Positions 9,873 to 20,198 are shown, numbered from the stretch's first letter. The stretch: 64,000 nucleotides of DNA from an uncultured virus (IMG/VR IMGVR_UViG_3300042465_003139) (IMGVR_UViG_3300042465_003139), one strand, 5' to 3'. The notes: generated by a model from the sequence alone, not told the origin. Made by a program: numbers and translations.

Positions 9873-10026
9873 AACTTATCTCAGGGATGGGAACGTAATT
9901 GGCTCTTCTACCTTAGGAGCGTCTAACGCTGGTACAACGATATGGTACCCCTGTATTCAGTAAGCAGGACTGCTACGCCTAATGGGTAGCGCATTTTAAC
10001 TTAACTCGCTTAATAAGGAGCAAACT

Positions 10027-10236
10027 ATGCTAATGTATGCAAACATGGCTATTGACGCCATTCAATCTGGTAAGACCGCTTGGTTGAACCAATACGTTCA
10101 GGACGAATCTGTCCGCAAACCTCTTCAACACTTTGTAGATGCTCAGACTGAGTTTACTAAACAAATTGCTAAAACTTTTTGGGAAGTAACTGGTTCTGCA
10201 ATGCAAGCAACTTGCGCTAAAGTATTCACTAAGTAA
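10027..10236 (+). CDS. small amphipathic helical protein (phasin-like, tentative)
   Basis: strong AAGGAG RBS; 69-aa amphipathic helix AIDAIQSGK...FVDAQTEFTKQ. Confidence 0.55.
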   Translation: MLMYANMAIDAIQSGKTAWLNQYVQDESVRKPLQHFVDAQTEFTKQIAKTFWEVTGSAMQATCAKVFTK

Positions 10237-10249
10237 GAGGAGAATTAAT

Positions 10250-10741
10250 ATGACATTCATTCCACAACTTCCACAGGCTCTCAAAGACTTCGACAAATTC
10301 TTTGTTGGTTTCGATGATACGTTCAATCGTCTGCATAAGATGCACGATGACTTGACAAAAAGCATTCCTAACTATCCACCATACAATATTCGTAAGACTA
10401 GCGATAACACATACGTTATTGAACTTGCTGTTGCGGGTTTTGGTAAGCAAGATATTGAAATCACAATTGATGACAATAAGTTGACAATCGTTGGTAACTC
10501 AAACGATGACAATGAAAACTTCTTGTTTAGAGGTATTGCAAATCGTGCATTCACTCGCACATTTGCTTTGGATGACAAAATCGAAATTCAAGACGCGGCT
10601 CTTGTAAATGGTATGCTTAAGATTGCACTTGAGCGAATCATTCCCGAACACAAGAAGCCAAAGAAGATTGAAGTAAAAGAAACCGAAGGAACTTCTAAGA
10701 AATCCAAGAAAGAGTTTTTAGTAGAAGCGCCTGAACTTTAA
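10250..10741 (+). CDS. hsp20: small heat shock protein Hsp20/IbpA
   Basis: NYPPYNI, IELAVAGF, RGIANRAFTRTF, NGML.I.LER. Confidence 0.95.
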   Translation: MTFIPQLPQALKDFDKFFVGFDDTFNRLHKMHDDLTKSIPNYPPYNIRKTSDNTYVIELAVAGFGKQDIEITIDDNKLTIVGNSNDDNENFLFRGIANRAFTRTFALDDKIEIQDAALVNGMLKIALERIIPEHKKPKKIEVKETEGTSKKSKKEFLVEAPEL

Positions 10742-10753
10742 TCGGGTGTCTCT

Positions 10754-10909
10754 ATGATAAAAACAATAAAAAATATTCTTTCTGGTATTCTAGAAGGTAT
10801 CATAGCGGCTAAACAATATAACGCTAATCGTTATTTGGCAAATACAATGGATCATGTTGATCTAAAAACTAGAGAAGAAAAACTCAAGTTTAAGGAGAAA
10901 CAATTATGA
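10754..10909 (+). CDS. 51-aa small protein (DUF3563-like, tentative)
   Basis: ORF MIKTIKNILSG...RYLANTMDHVDLKTREEKL below track cutoff. Confidence 0.55.
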   Translation: MIKTIKNILSGILEGIIAAKQYNANRYLANTMDHVDLKTREEKLKFKEKQL

Positions 10910-10971
10910 ACTGGTGGCCAGTAACGGATGAGGAGTGGGAAAGATTAAACTATCCCGAAAAGTTTAGATAA
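10906..10971 (+). CDS. 21-aa micropeptide MNWWPVTDEEWERLNYPEKFR
   Basis: AAGGAG RBS upstream, ATGA overlap with previous stop, followed by terminator. Confidence 0.5.
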   Translation: MNWWPVTDEEWERLNYPEKFR

Positions 10972-10975
10972 TTGA

Positions 10976-11000
10976 TGGGGGTGCAATGCCCCCATTTTTA
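10976..11000 (+). terminator. rho-independent terminator
   Basis: ATGGGGGT-GCAA-TGCCCCCAT followed by T-run. Confidence 0.75.
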
Positions 11001-11012
11001 ATGGAGATTATT

Positions 11013-11315
11013 ATGAGTGAACTTAGAATTGTTAAGTTGTCTACTGGAGAAGAAGTTGTAGGCAACATTGTTGAGAAACTTGGTACTGTATATCGAATTG
11101 AACATCCATGTTTATTGGGTATTGCAATGGGACCAAATGGTAAAGCAAATTTGCAAATGCAACCCATGCTTATTTTTTCTGATCAGAAGGTGGTAGAAAT
11201 TAATCGTGATCATATTATTTACGATGTTTCAGTTGCAATTGAGATCAAAAACAAGTATAATGAGATTTACGGTTCAGGCATTGTTGTACCACCTCAACAG
11301 AAGATTATTACTTGA
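11013..11315 (+). CDS. conserved Sm-like fold protein preceding gp43
   Basis: IVKLSTGEEVVG...YNEIYGSGIVVP pattern typical of T4-like phages. Confidence 0.65.
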   Translation: MSELRIVKLSTGEEVVGNIVEKLGTVYRIEHPCLLGIAMGPNGKANLQMQPMLIFSDQKVVEINRDHIIYDVSVAIEIKNKYNEIYGSGIVVPPQQKIIT

Positions 11316-13807
11316 TGAAATTTTATACCCATTTTACTCGGCATGGAAACAACATTCTTGTGCGTGGCTATCGCAACGGCAAGAGGTTTGCAGAAAAGAT
11401 TGATTACAATCCCACACTATATCTTCCATCACAAAAACCAACAGAGTATAAAACTCTAGATGGATATTTTGTTGCGCCTACACAAATGGGTTCTTTGCGT
11501 GATGCTACAGAATTCATCAAACAATATGAGTCGGTAGATAATTTTAAAATCTATGGCTCTACAAACTTTCCGTATGTGTTCATTAATGAAGCGTATCCAG
11601 GCAAAGTCGATTATGATTCGACAATGCTACGTATTGCTAACATTGATATTGAGGTTGGCTCAGAGAATGGTTTTCCTGAACCCGAACATGCATCAGAACC
11701 TATTACAGCAATCACCATCAAGACGAATGGTCATTCATATGTAATTGGTTGTGGTGACTACACTAATACACGTACCGATGTAACTTATACGAAATGTAAA
11801 GATGAGAATCAACTCATCACAAAGTTTCTAGAAATTTGGCAGTCAATTGATATGGATGTTGTCACTGGTTGGAACATTCAATTCTTTGATATTCCTTATA
11901 TCTACAATCGCATCTGTCGTTTGTTCGATGAGGATGTTGCAAAGAAACTTTCGCCTTGGCGCAAGATTGGTGAACGCACCACTACAATTCACAACAAACA
12001 ACAAACCGCGTTTGATCTTGTTGGCATTGCTATTCTCGACTATCTAGAACTTTACAAGAAATTTACATATACACAACAAGAAAACTATCGCCTTGATACA
12101 ATCGCAAGCATTGAACTCGGCGAACAAAAACTAGATTACTCAGAATATGAAAGCCTACACCAACTCTATAAACACGACTATCAAAAGTTTATTGAATATA
12201 ACATCAAAGATGTGGAACTTGTCGACCGCCTCGATGAAAAAATGAAATTCATTGACATGGTGCTTGCACTCGCATATGACGCGAAGGTGAACCTAACTGA
12301 TGTGTTCACGCAGGTACGCATGTGGGATACTTTGATCCACAATCATTTGATTGCAAATAACATTGTCGTTCCCCAAAATGTTCGCACACCAAAAGACGAA
12401 CAATATGCTGGTGCGTATGTGAAAGAACCAGTTCCTGGTAAATATGATTGGGTTGTATCATTTGACTTGAACAGTCTGTATCCACACTTGATCATGCAAT
12501 ATAATGTTTCGCCTGATACAATTATGTCTGGTATGCGTAAGCAAGTAACGGTTGATGATTTGCTGAACAGCAAAATTAATCATGATGGCGAATATTGTAT
12601 GACTGCAAATGGACAATACTTTCGTAAAGATGTGCAAGGATTTCTTCCTGCAATGATGCAACGCATGTATGATGATCGTGTGTTGTATAAAACTAAAATG
12701 ATTGAAGCGCAAAAAGACCTTGAGAAAACAAAAGACAAAGCGCAACGATATGAAATCGAAAAACAGATTTCAAAATACAAGAACATTCAGATGGCGAAGA
12801 AAATTCAACTCAACTCCGCTTATGGTGCTCTCGGTAACCAATACTTCAGATTCTTTGATATTAGACAAGCAGAAGGCATCACCCTCTCTGGACAGTTAAG
12901 CATTCGTTGGATTGGTGTTAAGTTAAATCAATACATGAATAAATTACTGAAAACAAGTGAGGTAGATTATGTTATCGCGTCGGATACGGACTCTGTATAC
13001 TTACATCTTGGTCCGTTGGTGGATATGGTCTACGGATCGAAGAATACACCGAAAGAAAAAATTGTTGACTTTATCGACAAAGCATGTTCAGAAAAGATCG
13101 AACCATTCATTGATCGTTCGTTTGAAGAACTTGCGGAGAAGATGAATGCATACGCACAAAAGATGTTTATGAAGCGAGAAGTTATCGCAGACAAAGGCAT
13201 CTGGACTGCGAAGAAGCGTTACATTCTAAATGTGTGGGACTCTGAAGGTGTTCGTTACGAAAATCCAAAACTAAAAATGTCTGGCATCGAAGCAGTCAAG
13301 TCTTCAACACCAATGGCATGTCGCAAAAAAATTAAAGAGGCATTGAATCTTGTCATGGAAGGCACACAAGAAGAGTTTCATGAATTTGTGAATAAGTTTC
13401 GAGAAGAATTCAAGACACTACCATTCGAAGATGTTGCCTTTCCTAGAGGTATTTCTGACATGACTAAATATATGAATTCACTGGAACTTTATAATAAAGG
13501 AACACCAATTCATGTGCGAGGCGCAATTGTGTTTAATTCTTTGTTGCAAAAGAAAAAGTTGAATAAGAAGTACCAAGAGATTCGTGACGGCGATAAGATT
13601 AAATTCTGTTATATGAAGGTTCCGAATCCAGTCCAAGAAAACGTATTGTCTGTGCTGAATATGTTGCCGAAAGAACTTGATCTTGAAAAGTATATCGATT
13701 ATGATACACAATTCGAAAAGGCATATCTAGAACCATTGCGTGTCATTGTCAATACGATGAAATGGACTACCGAAAAGAAATCAACATTGGAGAGTTTTTT
13801 CGCATGA
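11312..13807 (+). CDS. 43: family B DNA polymerase (gp43)
   Basis: ExoI DIE, SFDLNSLYP, KIQLNSAYG, ASDTDS, KKRY; C-terminal clamp-binding LESFF; no intein or intron. Confidence 0.98.
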   Translation: MMKFYTHFTRHGNNILVRGYRNGKRFAEKIDYNPTLYLPSQKPTEYKTLDGYFVAPTQMGSLRDATEFIKQYESVDNFKIYGSTNFPYVFINEAYPGKVDYDSTMLRIANIDIEVGSENGFPEPEHASEPITAITIKTNGHSYVIGCGDYTNTRTDVTYTKCKDENQLITKFLEIWQSIDMDVVTGWNIQFFDIPYIYNRICRLFDEDVAKKLSPWRKIGERTTTIHNKQQTAFDLVGIAILDYLELYKKFTYTQQENYRLDTIASIELGEQKLDYSEYESLHQLYKHDYQKFIEYNIKDVELVDRLDEKMKFIDMVLALAYDAKVNLTDVFTQVRMWDTLIHNHLIANNIVVPQNVRTPKDEQYAGAYVKEPVPGKYDWVVSFDLNSLYPHLIMQYNVSPDTIMSGMRKQVTVDDLLNSKINHDGEYCMTANGQYFRKDVQGFLPAMMQRMYDDRVLYKTKMIEAQKDLEKTKDKAQRYEIEKQISKYKNIQMAKKIQLNSAYGALGNQYFRFFDIRQAEGITLSGQLSIRWIGVKLNQYMNKLLKTSEVDYVIASDTDSVYLHLGPLVDMVYGSKNTPKEKIVDFIDKACSEKIEPFIDRSFEELAEKMNAYAQKMFMKREVIADKGIWTAKKRYILNVWDSEGVRYENPKLKMSGIEAVKSSTPMACRKKIKEALNLVMEGTQEEFHEFVNKFREEFKTLPFEDVAFPRGISDMTKYMNSLELYNKGTPIHVRGAIVFNSLLQKKKLNKKYQEIRDGDKIKFCYMKVPNPVQENVLSVLNMLPKELDLEKYIDYDTQFEKAYLEPLRVIVNTMKWTTEKKSTLESFFA

Positions 13808-14211
13808 CAACTAGAACGATACCACAAGAATATTTGTTATTTCGTAAAGAAGATGATTTTGGTTTTAGTGCTGTAGATGAGACTGAAGTAAAACATACAG
13901 TCAATACAGACACACTCGAAACCACAGTCATTCGTGAAACTGTAACACAATCAGTTGAGGGTGTTGCACGTTTGGAAGCAAAGATAGATACGATTTTAGA
14001 TTTGTATAATGATGGCAAGTTAGGACTTGATGCAGAAAGAGACAGACTGCAAGAAGAGGTGAAGTCCAAACTAGTTCAACTTGAACAGTTGGTCATGCCT
14101 CTTTTAGTTAACCTCATGAAAAATCCTGACAAAGAATATATTTACTGGCCTAATCGTAAAGAAAAATTGCAGGAACAAATTGATAAAGTTTTGTCTCTGA
14201 CTAGGGGGTAG
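13804..14211 (+). CDS. conserved hypothetical protein
   Basis: DDFGFSAVDE...PLLVNLMKNPDKEYIYWPNR. Confidence 0.75.
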   Translation: MTTRTIPQEYLLFRKEDDFGFSAVDETEVKHTVNTDTLETTVIRETVTQSVEGVARLEAKIDTILDLYNDGKLGLDAERDRLQEEVKSKLVQLEQLVMPLLVNLMKNPDKEYIYWPNRKEKLQEQIDKVLSLTRG

Positions 14212-14212
14212 G

Positions 14213-15133
14213 ATGTTATTTGCGTTAATGACGCTGGCATGTGCGTTAGCCGTGTCCGGAATTGCCGCTTACTATTCTGTTATAGGTCTTATAGCAATCT
14301 TTGCTTCAGCACCTATACCAATCGCAATCATGGGTGCATCACTTGAAGCATCTAAACTTGTTGTTGCGTCTTGGTTATATAAGAACTGGAAAGAAGCGCC
14401 TAAACTATTGAAGTATTATTTCACTGGTGCGATTGTGATTCTCATGTTCATCACATCATTGGGCATCTTTGGATTCTTATCTAAGGCTCATTTAGATCAA
14501 ACTCTTACAACAAAAGACGTATCAGTAAAGTTGGAAATATATGATGAAAAGATCAAAATTGCGAGAGAAACAATTGATGCAAACAGAAAATCACTTAAAC
14601 AGTTAGATGATAGTGTTGATCAAATTTTAGCACGTAGCACAACGGAAGAAGGTGCTAGACGAGCAAACACAATGCGAATCAATCAAAAAGCAGAAAGAAC
14701 TCGCATTGCTAGTGATATTGAAACTCAACAGAAACTTATTGCCACTATTACTGAAGAGTCTGCCCCAATTCGTGCGGAGGTTCGTAAAGTGGAGGCAGAA
14801 GTTGGTCCTCTTAAATACATTGCAGAACTTATCTACGGAGAAGAAGATGCACAGAATCACTTTGATGCCGCAGTTAGATGGGTAATCATTTTGTTGATTA
14901 TTGTATTTGATCCTCTTGCAGTCTTGCTAGTGATTGCCGCAAACTATTCACTACAACAAGAACGCAAACCAAAGCCGGTAATTAAGACAAAGGTAGATAC
15001 CGATAATCTCAGAGGCGAATTTAAGTCTAAGAAAAAGAAGGTAGACTTAACATCATTGGATCCAATACCAATGAACAAAGATGAAATTGTTAATGCAACA
15101 AAGATATATCATAGAGATCAAGACTCAATGTAA
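14213..15133 (+). CDS. multi-TM membrane protein with coiled coil
   Basis: three N-terminal hydrophobic helices, coiled coil, EAEVGPLKY, C-terminal TM VFDPLAV. Confidence 0.75.
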   Translation: MLFALMTLACALAVSGIAAYYSVIGLIAIFASAPIPIAIMGASLEASKLVVASWLYKNWKEAPKLLKYYFTGAIVILMFITSLGIFGFLSKAHLDQTLTTKDVSVKLEIYDEKIKIARETIDANRKSLKQLDDSVDQILARSTTEEGARRANTMRINQKAERTRIASDIETQQKLIATITEESAPIRAEVRKVEAEVGPLKYIAELIYGEEDAQNHFDAAVRWVIILLIIVFDPLAVLLVIAANYSLQQERKPKPVIKTKVDTDNLRGEFKSKKKKVDLTSLDPIPMNKDEIVNATKIYHRDQDSM

Positions 15134-15150
15134 CAGAAGGTGATTTAATT

Positions 15151-15642
15151 ATGAAAATTGGATTTCAATGTTCCTCTTTTGACATGTTTCATGCTGGACA
15201 TGTTTCTATGTTAAAACAGGAAAAAGAATTGTGTGACTATCTTAAGGTTGCACTTCAGGTCGATCCGACAATAGATCGACCAGGTATTAAAAACAAACCT
15301 GTTCAATCGGTATATGAACGATATGCACAATTACAGGCATGTAAATATATCGATGAAATTTTGGTATATGAAACGGAAGACGATTTGCTTCAATTGATTA
15401 TGACGCAAACAATTCATATTCGGTTTCTTAGTGAGGAATATATTGGTAGAGATTTCACTGGTAAGCAATATTGTGTTGACAATGGAATCGAATTGTGTTA
15501 TCATAAGAGACAACATAAATTCAGTTCTAGTGAAATTAGGACTAGAGTATATGAGTTAGAGTTGGCAAAGCGAAATGAACGGAATACTGAGCCAGCGATA
15601 GAACAGTATTCTCCAGAACTTTTAAAAAAATATGAGAGGTGA
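15151..15642 (+). CDS. glycerol-3-phosphate cytidylyltransferase-like protein (TagD family)
   Basis: [26 protein letters not shown]. Confidence 0.85.
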   Translation: MKIGFQCSSFDMFHAGHVSMLKQEKELCDYLKVALQVDPTIDRPGIKNKPVQSVYERYAQLQACKYIDEILVYETEDDLLQLIMTQTIHIRFLSEEYIGRDFTGKQYCVDNGIELCYHKRQHKFSSSEIRTRVYELELAKRNERNTEPAIEQYSPELLKKYER

Positions 15643-15644
15643 TT

Positions 15645-16709
15645 ATGAGCAATTTCTTTAATGATTTAGTGGAGCAACTTAAAGATGAAGATACAAAAAT
15701 TCTTGCTGATGGTGGAGCATCCGCTGAGTATAGCGGTTGTATCGATACTGGGTCGTATGCTCTTAATGCTTTGCTTAGTGGTAGTATCTATGGTGGTGTA
15801 CCCAATAACAAAGTGACAGCATTTGCCGGTGAGTCTTCGACTGGTAAGACATTCTTTGTGCTAGGTATTGTCAAACAGTTCCTTGACGCAAATCCTGAAG
15901 GTGGTGTTATCTACTTTGATACTGAAGCCGCCGTCACAAAACAAATGATGGAATCTAGAGGTGTTGACACCAAGCGTGTTGTAATCTCCGAACCTGATAC
16001 AATTCAAAAGTTTCGTCATACTGCATTGCAAATTATTGAGAAGTATCAAGCGCAACCAGAAGCAAAACGCAAGCCAATGATGATGGTTCTTGATTCCCTC
16101 GGTCAATTGTCTTCTACGAAAGAAATGGAAGATACTGCTGAAGGCAAAGAAACAAAAGACATGACTAAAAGTGCAATTCTCAAAGCAACATTCCGTGTGT
16201 TGAATTTGAAACTTGCTAAGATTGGTGTGCCTTTGCTTGTAACGAATCACGTTTATGACGTTGTTGGCGCTTACATTCCAACAAAAGAAATGTCTGGTGG
16301 TTCTGGTTTGAAGTATACTGCATCCACAATCGTTTATTTGTCTAAGCGTAAAGATAAAGATGGTACTGAAGTTGTTGGTAACATCGTTCGTGCTAAGTTG
16401 CAGAAGTCACGTTTGACAAAAGAGAACTCTCAAGTCGAAGTGAAGATTACATACAGCAAAGGTCTTGACAGATACTTTGGCTTGCTTGAGATTGCAGAGA
16501 AGTATGGCATCATTAAGAAAGTTTCTACACGTTACGAATTGTCTAACGGCACTAAAGTGTTCGGTAAGAACATTAACGAAGAGCCGGAAAAGTATTTCAC
16601 TAAAGATATCTTAGATCAAATTGACGAAGCATGTAAGAAAGAATTCTTGTATGGGCAAGACAGCATGAGTGTAGTTGAGGAAGAGGAACTAGCAGATGTT
16701 GATGAATAA
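15645..16709 (+). CDS. uvsX: RecA-like recombinase UvsX
   Basis: [27 protein letters not shown]. Confidence 0.95.
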   Translation: MSNFFNDLVEQLKDEDTKILADGGASAEYSGCIDTGSYALNALLSGSIYGGVPNNKVTAFAGESSTGKTFFVLGIVKQFLDANPEGGVIYFDTEAAVTKQMMESRGVDTKRVVISEPDTIQKFRHTALQIIEKYQAQPEAKRKPMMMVLDSLGQLSSTKEMEDTAEGKETKDMTKSAILKATFRVLNLKLAKIGVPLLVTNHVYDVVGAYIPTKEMSGGSGLKYTASTIVYLSKRKDKDGTEVVGNIVRAKLQKSRLTKENSQVEVKITYSKGLDRYFGLLEIAEKYGIIKKVSTRYELSNGTKVFGKNINEEPEKYFTKDILDQIDEACKKEFLYGQDSMSVVEEEELADVDE

Positions 16710-17037
16710 AGATTATATGATCACCGAGACTGATGTTCGGTATCGTGATCTAGATGTTGTGGCAACTGTAAAAATTCTCGCAGGCGATTTTAAAGATGTT
16801 GAGTTTCATTTTGGTTCAATTAACATTCCAGAAGAAGAAAATGCAGATGGAACATTGACCATGTCGTTTGATTATGATATAATTAGCGAACACAAGGAAT
16901 TGAAAGATAACGAAACTTTTGAATCTATCCTTGGTCGAATTCTAAATGACATTCTAATGCAATCGTTAGTTGAAGCGGAGAAGAGATATAATAATGAACT
17001 TGGAAAAAAAGATACTCAAACATCTGATCTTGGATGA
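16696..17037 (+). CDS. hypothetical protein, possible gp40 head vertex assembly chaperone
   Basis: position between uvsX and gp41 as in T4; acidic 113 aa. Confidence 0.5.
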   Translation: MLMNKDYMITETDVRYRDLDVVATVKILAGDFKDVEFHFGSINIPEEENADGTLTMSFDYDIISEHKELKDNETFESILGRILNDILMQSLVEAEKRYNNELGKKDTQTSDLG

Positions 17038-18397
17038 AGAATATACACGTAAGGTATTGCCCTTCATTAAAACAGAATACTTTTCAGAATCTTCAGAAAA
17101 ACTTCTGTTTGAGCAGATCGGTGATTATGTAACAAAGTATAATACAATGCCAACGAAAGAAGCGTTGGTAATTGAAATTGACAAGAAAATCAATCTTACT
17201 GATGAACAGCACAAGAAATCAGTTGAACTGATTGAATCTGTGACTGAGGTTTCTGATATTAATGACAGCAAATGGTTAGTTGATGCTACTGAAGGCTTTT
17301 GTCAAGAGAAAGCAATATACAACGGCATCATGCAATCCATTCAAATTTTGGATAACAAGAATGGTAAACAGACGTTGGACAAGGGTGCGATTCCGGCGAT
17401 CCTCTCGGATGCTCTCGCGGTTTCTTTTGATCATCATGTTGGTCATGATTTTATCGATGATGCTGAAAGTCGTTTCGATTTTTATCACAAAGTCGAAAAA
17501 CGAATCCCATTCGACCTCGACTATCTCAATCGAATCACCAAAAACGGATTACCTCCAAAGTCGCTGAACATTGTTCTTGCCGGCACTGGCGTTGGTAAGT
17601 CGCTGTTCATGTGTCATTGTGCCGCAGCCAATCTTTCAATCGGTAAAAACGTTTTGTATATTACACTTGAAATGGCTGAAGAGCGTATCGCAGAACGTAT
17701 TGATGCGAACTTAATGAACGTTGAAGTTGATAGACTGGCTGGCATTCCAAAAGAAACTTATATGACAAAGGTTGATAGAATTCGAGAAAAGACTTCTGGT
17801 CGCCTTATTATCAAAGAGTATCCAACGGCAAGCGCAAACGCACAACACTTTAGGCATCTATTGAATGACTTGAAACTCAAACGTCAATTCATTCCTGATA
17901 TCATCTACATTGACTATCTGAACATTTGTTCTTCCGCACGTATGAAGATGGGTGCATCTGTAAACTCTTACACTTACATCAAGAGTATTGCAGAAGAACT
18001 TCGTGGACTTGCAGTTGAATGTAATTTGCCAATTGTATCTGCGACACAAACAACTCGCGGCGGTTATCAAAACACAGACGTTGAACTAACAGACACTTCA
18101 GAATCATTCGGTCTACCAGCAACCGCAGACTTGATGATTGCGTTGATTTCAACAGAAGAACTTGAAGACTTGAATCAGATTATGGTCAAGCAATTGAAAA
18201 ATCGATACAATGATCCAACCACTAATAAAAGATTTGTTATAGGGGTTGATAGAGCAAAAATGAGACTTTATGATGTAGAACAGTCCGCACAAACAGACAT
18301 ACTGGATAGTGGACAAGACGATGGTCCTGCTTTTGATAAAACGGACTTTGGTAAGAGAGAAAAACAATCACGTAACTTTGAGGGGTTTAAAGTATGA
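16994..18397 (+). CDS. 41: replicative helicase (gp41)
   Basis: LAGTGVGKS, YITLEM, IDYLN, SATQTTR, SESFGLPATAD, KQLKNRY. Confidence 0.96.
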   Translation: MNLEKKILKHLILDEEYTRKVLPFIKTEYFSESSEKLLFEQIGDYVTKYNTMPTKEALVIEIDKKINLTDEQHKKSVELIESVTEVSDINDSKWLVDATEGFCQEKAIYNGIMQSIQILDNKNGKQTLDKGAIPAILSDALAVSFDHHVGHDFIDDAESRFDFYHKVEKRIPFDLDYLNRITKNGLPPKSLNIVLAGTGVGKSLFMCHCAAANLSIGKNVLYITLEMAEERIAERIDANLMNVEVDRLAGIPKETYMTKVDRIREKTSGRLIIKEYPTASANAQHFRHLLNDLKLKRQFIPDIIYIDYLNICSSARMKMGASVNSYTYIKSIAEELRGLAVECNLPIVSATQTTRGGYQNTDVELTDTSESFGLPATADLMIALISTEELEDLNQIMVKQLKNRYNDPTTNKRFVIGVDRAKMRLYDVEQSAQTDILDSGQDDGPAFDKTDFGKREKQSRNFEGFKV

Positions 18398-18636
18398 GAA
18401 CTATTCCTGAAATTGTAGCAGACATGAAAGCATTGATCGCCGAATTTGAACAACATACTGAACTGCCAACTAAAAAAGAGTATACTATGGAAAATCCATA
18501 TATCATAAAATATTCTGGTATTCCGTCATATAATTTTGACAATATGAACATGAGTGGGGGTATCATGCCAGTTTCGCATTATGAAAATGATACGATTACC
18601 CTTTCTCCGACAGAGACAATAACCCCAAAATTCTAA
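18394..18636 (+). CDS. hypothetical protein
   Basis: ATGA overlap with gp41 stop. Confidence 0.6.
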   Translation: MRTIPEIVADMKALIAEFEQHTELPTKKEYTMENPYIIKYSGIPSYNFDNMNMSGGIMPVSHYENDTITLSPTETITPKF

Positions 18637-18649
18637 ATACTCACCGAGT

Positions 18650-18711
18650 GTTGGGCTAAAACAACTGTATACTTTTACAGTATTGACAAAGCCTTCTAGA
18701 TGATGTATCAT
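18650..18711 (+). promoter_or_regulatory. sigma70 promoter with LexA-type SOS box and GTTG-N8-CAAC operator
   Basis: GTTG-GGCTAAAA-CAAC 18650-18665; CTGT-ATACTTTT-ACAG 18665-18680; TTGACA 18683, 17 nt, TATCAT 18706. Confidence 0.7.
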
Positions 18712-18733
18712 ATTGCTTGTAGATGGGGTTTAT

Positions 18734-19225
18734 ATGAAGATCACTTTGAGGACAAAAAACGGTGCCGTTCTTACCGCTTTCGAACGAAAAGTGGTAAGAC
18801 TTGCATCCCTATTCTATGCAAATAAACTCATGACTTCGCGCATGGTAAACTCTATTGAACTTGTAATTAATGTTCATGGAGAGTATCATAAGAAGACTGG
18901 GTATTTGGGTGATGTTATGCCGGTCGATGACGAAATTACTAGTCGACCAAAGAAGTTTGAGATTAACTTAGACTGGCCAAAGCGTTTCAAGCGTATGCTT
19001 ATCTCGCTAGGTCACGAAATGGTTCATGTGAAGCAATACGCTAAAGGTGAACTAAAATTTCATGAAAGAGGCAACATTGTTACTTTTCAAAAACAGCAAT
19101 ATACGGATGACGAATATTGGGAATCTCCTTGGGAAATTGAAGCGTATGGACGAGAACCTGGACTCTGGCAAAAATTTAAACCAACCTACCGACTCCTTCT
19201 GGAAGAGAATCGAGGAAAGGTATAA
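18734..19225 (+). CDS. zinc metallopeptidase-like protein
   Basis: LGHEMVHVKQ (HExxH) and PWEIEAY. Confidence 0.8.
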   Translation: MKITLRTKNGAVLTAFERKVVRLASLFYANKLMTSRMVNSIELVINVHGEYHKKTGYLGDVMPVDDEITSRPKKFEINLDWPKRFKRMLISLGHEMVHVKQYAKGELKFHERGNIVTFQKQQYTDDEYWESPWEIEAYGREPGLWQKFKPTYRLLLEENRGKV

Positions 19226-19499
19226 ACAAATTGAGACTGTAACCGTAAAAACTTTTGGCGAAGTTTGCGGTTGGATTGGTCTTGTATTAATTCACGGATC
19301 AACGATACCGATTACACTAGCCGCACTTGCAGGTCAAGCAGTATTACTGCCGCCTATTAGCATGGTTCTGTTAATTTGGTCTGGTTTGTTTCTTTTCTTT
19401 ATTCGTTCGGCTATTCAGCAAGATCGATTATACATGGTCAGCAATGGCGTTGGATTTTTCTTGCAAAGTGTTGTGCTTGCATTACTTATCTTTAAATGA
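19146..19499 (+). CDS. membrane protein (3 TM)
   Basis: three hydrophobic segments; start uncertain. Confidence 0.65.
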   Translation: MDENLDSGKNLNQPTDSFWKRIEERYKQIETVTVKTFGEVCGWIGLVLIHGSTIPITLAALAGQAVLLPPISMVLLIWSGLFLFFIRSAIQQDRLYMVSNGVGFFLQSVVLALLIFK

Positions 19500-19627
19500 A
19501 AAAAGAGTGTTGCAATTTCGATTGCCGACAAGGTAGAGATTGCCCATATCGAAGACCTAGGGAACTAGATCCGATGTGGATTGTATACCTATTTCTAGGT
19601 GTAGTTATTTTGTCGGCTTTTGTATGA
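19496..19627 (+). CDS. 43-aa Cys-rich membrane peptide
   Basis: MKKECCNFDCRQGRDCPY...hydrophobic tail; ATGA overlaps at both ends. Confidence 0.6.
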   Translation: MKKECCNFDCRQGRDCPYRRPRELDPMWIVYLFLGVVILSAFV

Positions 19628-19827
19628 CAGACCCAATTGTTTCCACTAAGTCCAGTTATGATTACATTCCTGGACTCAGCAAAGTCATTCACACTATACG
19701 CAAACATTTTGAGTATAAGGCGGGGAATGATGTTGTCACGATAGAGACATATGTGATACAATTATATAATAAGAACGGTAATTTGACAGAACACAACTCA
19801 TCACCTAAAATTGACAAATTGGCATGA
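19624..19827 (+). CDS. hypothetical protein
   Basis: ATGA-coupled to flanking ORFs. Confidence 0.55.
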   Translation: MTDPIVSTKSSYDYIPGLSKVIHTIRKHFEYKAGNDVVTIETYVIQLYNKNGNLTEHNSSPKIDKLA

Positions 19828-20198
19828 TTATTCACACACACTTTAAAAAGCCTAAGCAAAATAAAAAGCCAGGATGGCAAAAAGCGCAAGCAGAGTATGA
19901 AACGTGGTTAAAAAAACACGGTATTGATCCCAAAAAGAAAAAACCAAAGAGAGAGTTTATACAATATGAACCGGCGAAACATCCTCATTATAGAGAAACG
20001 CAACGCATACCAAGCCTTTCGGAAGAGAATGCAGTATCTAAACTACAAACAATTCGTGGCCACAGCCAAACTCCAAGAGCAGAACCAAAAATTTACACCG
20101 GATCGAAACTTATCGGAATTGGTATGCTTCATAAGTCCAACTTAGTTCCGATCTTCAGTAAAGAAGAAGCCGAAGACCAAGCAAATATGCGAAGGTGA
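19824..20198 (+). CDS. conserved basic hypothetical protein
   Basis: YTGSKLIGIGMLHKSNLVPIF...MRR motif seen in T4-like phages. Confidence 0.75.
   Translation: MIIHTHFKKPKQNKKPGWQKAQAEYETWLKKHGIDPKKKKPKREFIQYEPAKHPHYRETQRIPSLSEENAVSKLQTIRGHSQTPRAEPKIYTGSKLIGIGMLHKSNLVPIFSKEEAEDQANMRR

Noticed and set aside
19506..19524. Additional GTTG-N8-CAAC operator
   Set aside because: Right half-site absent and it lies inside a small coding region
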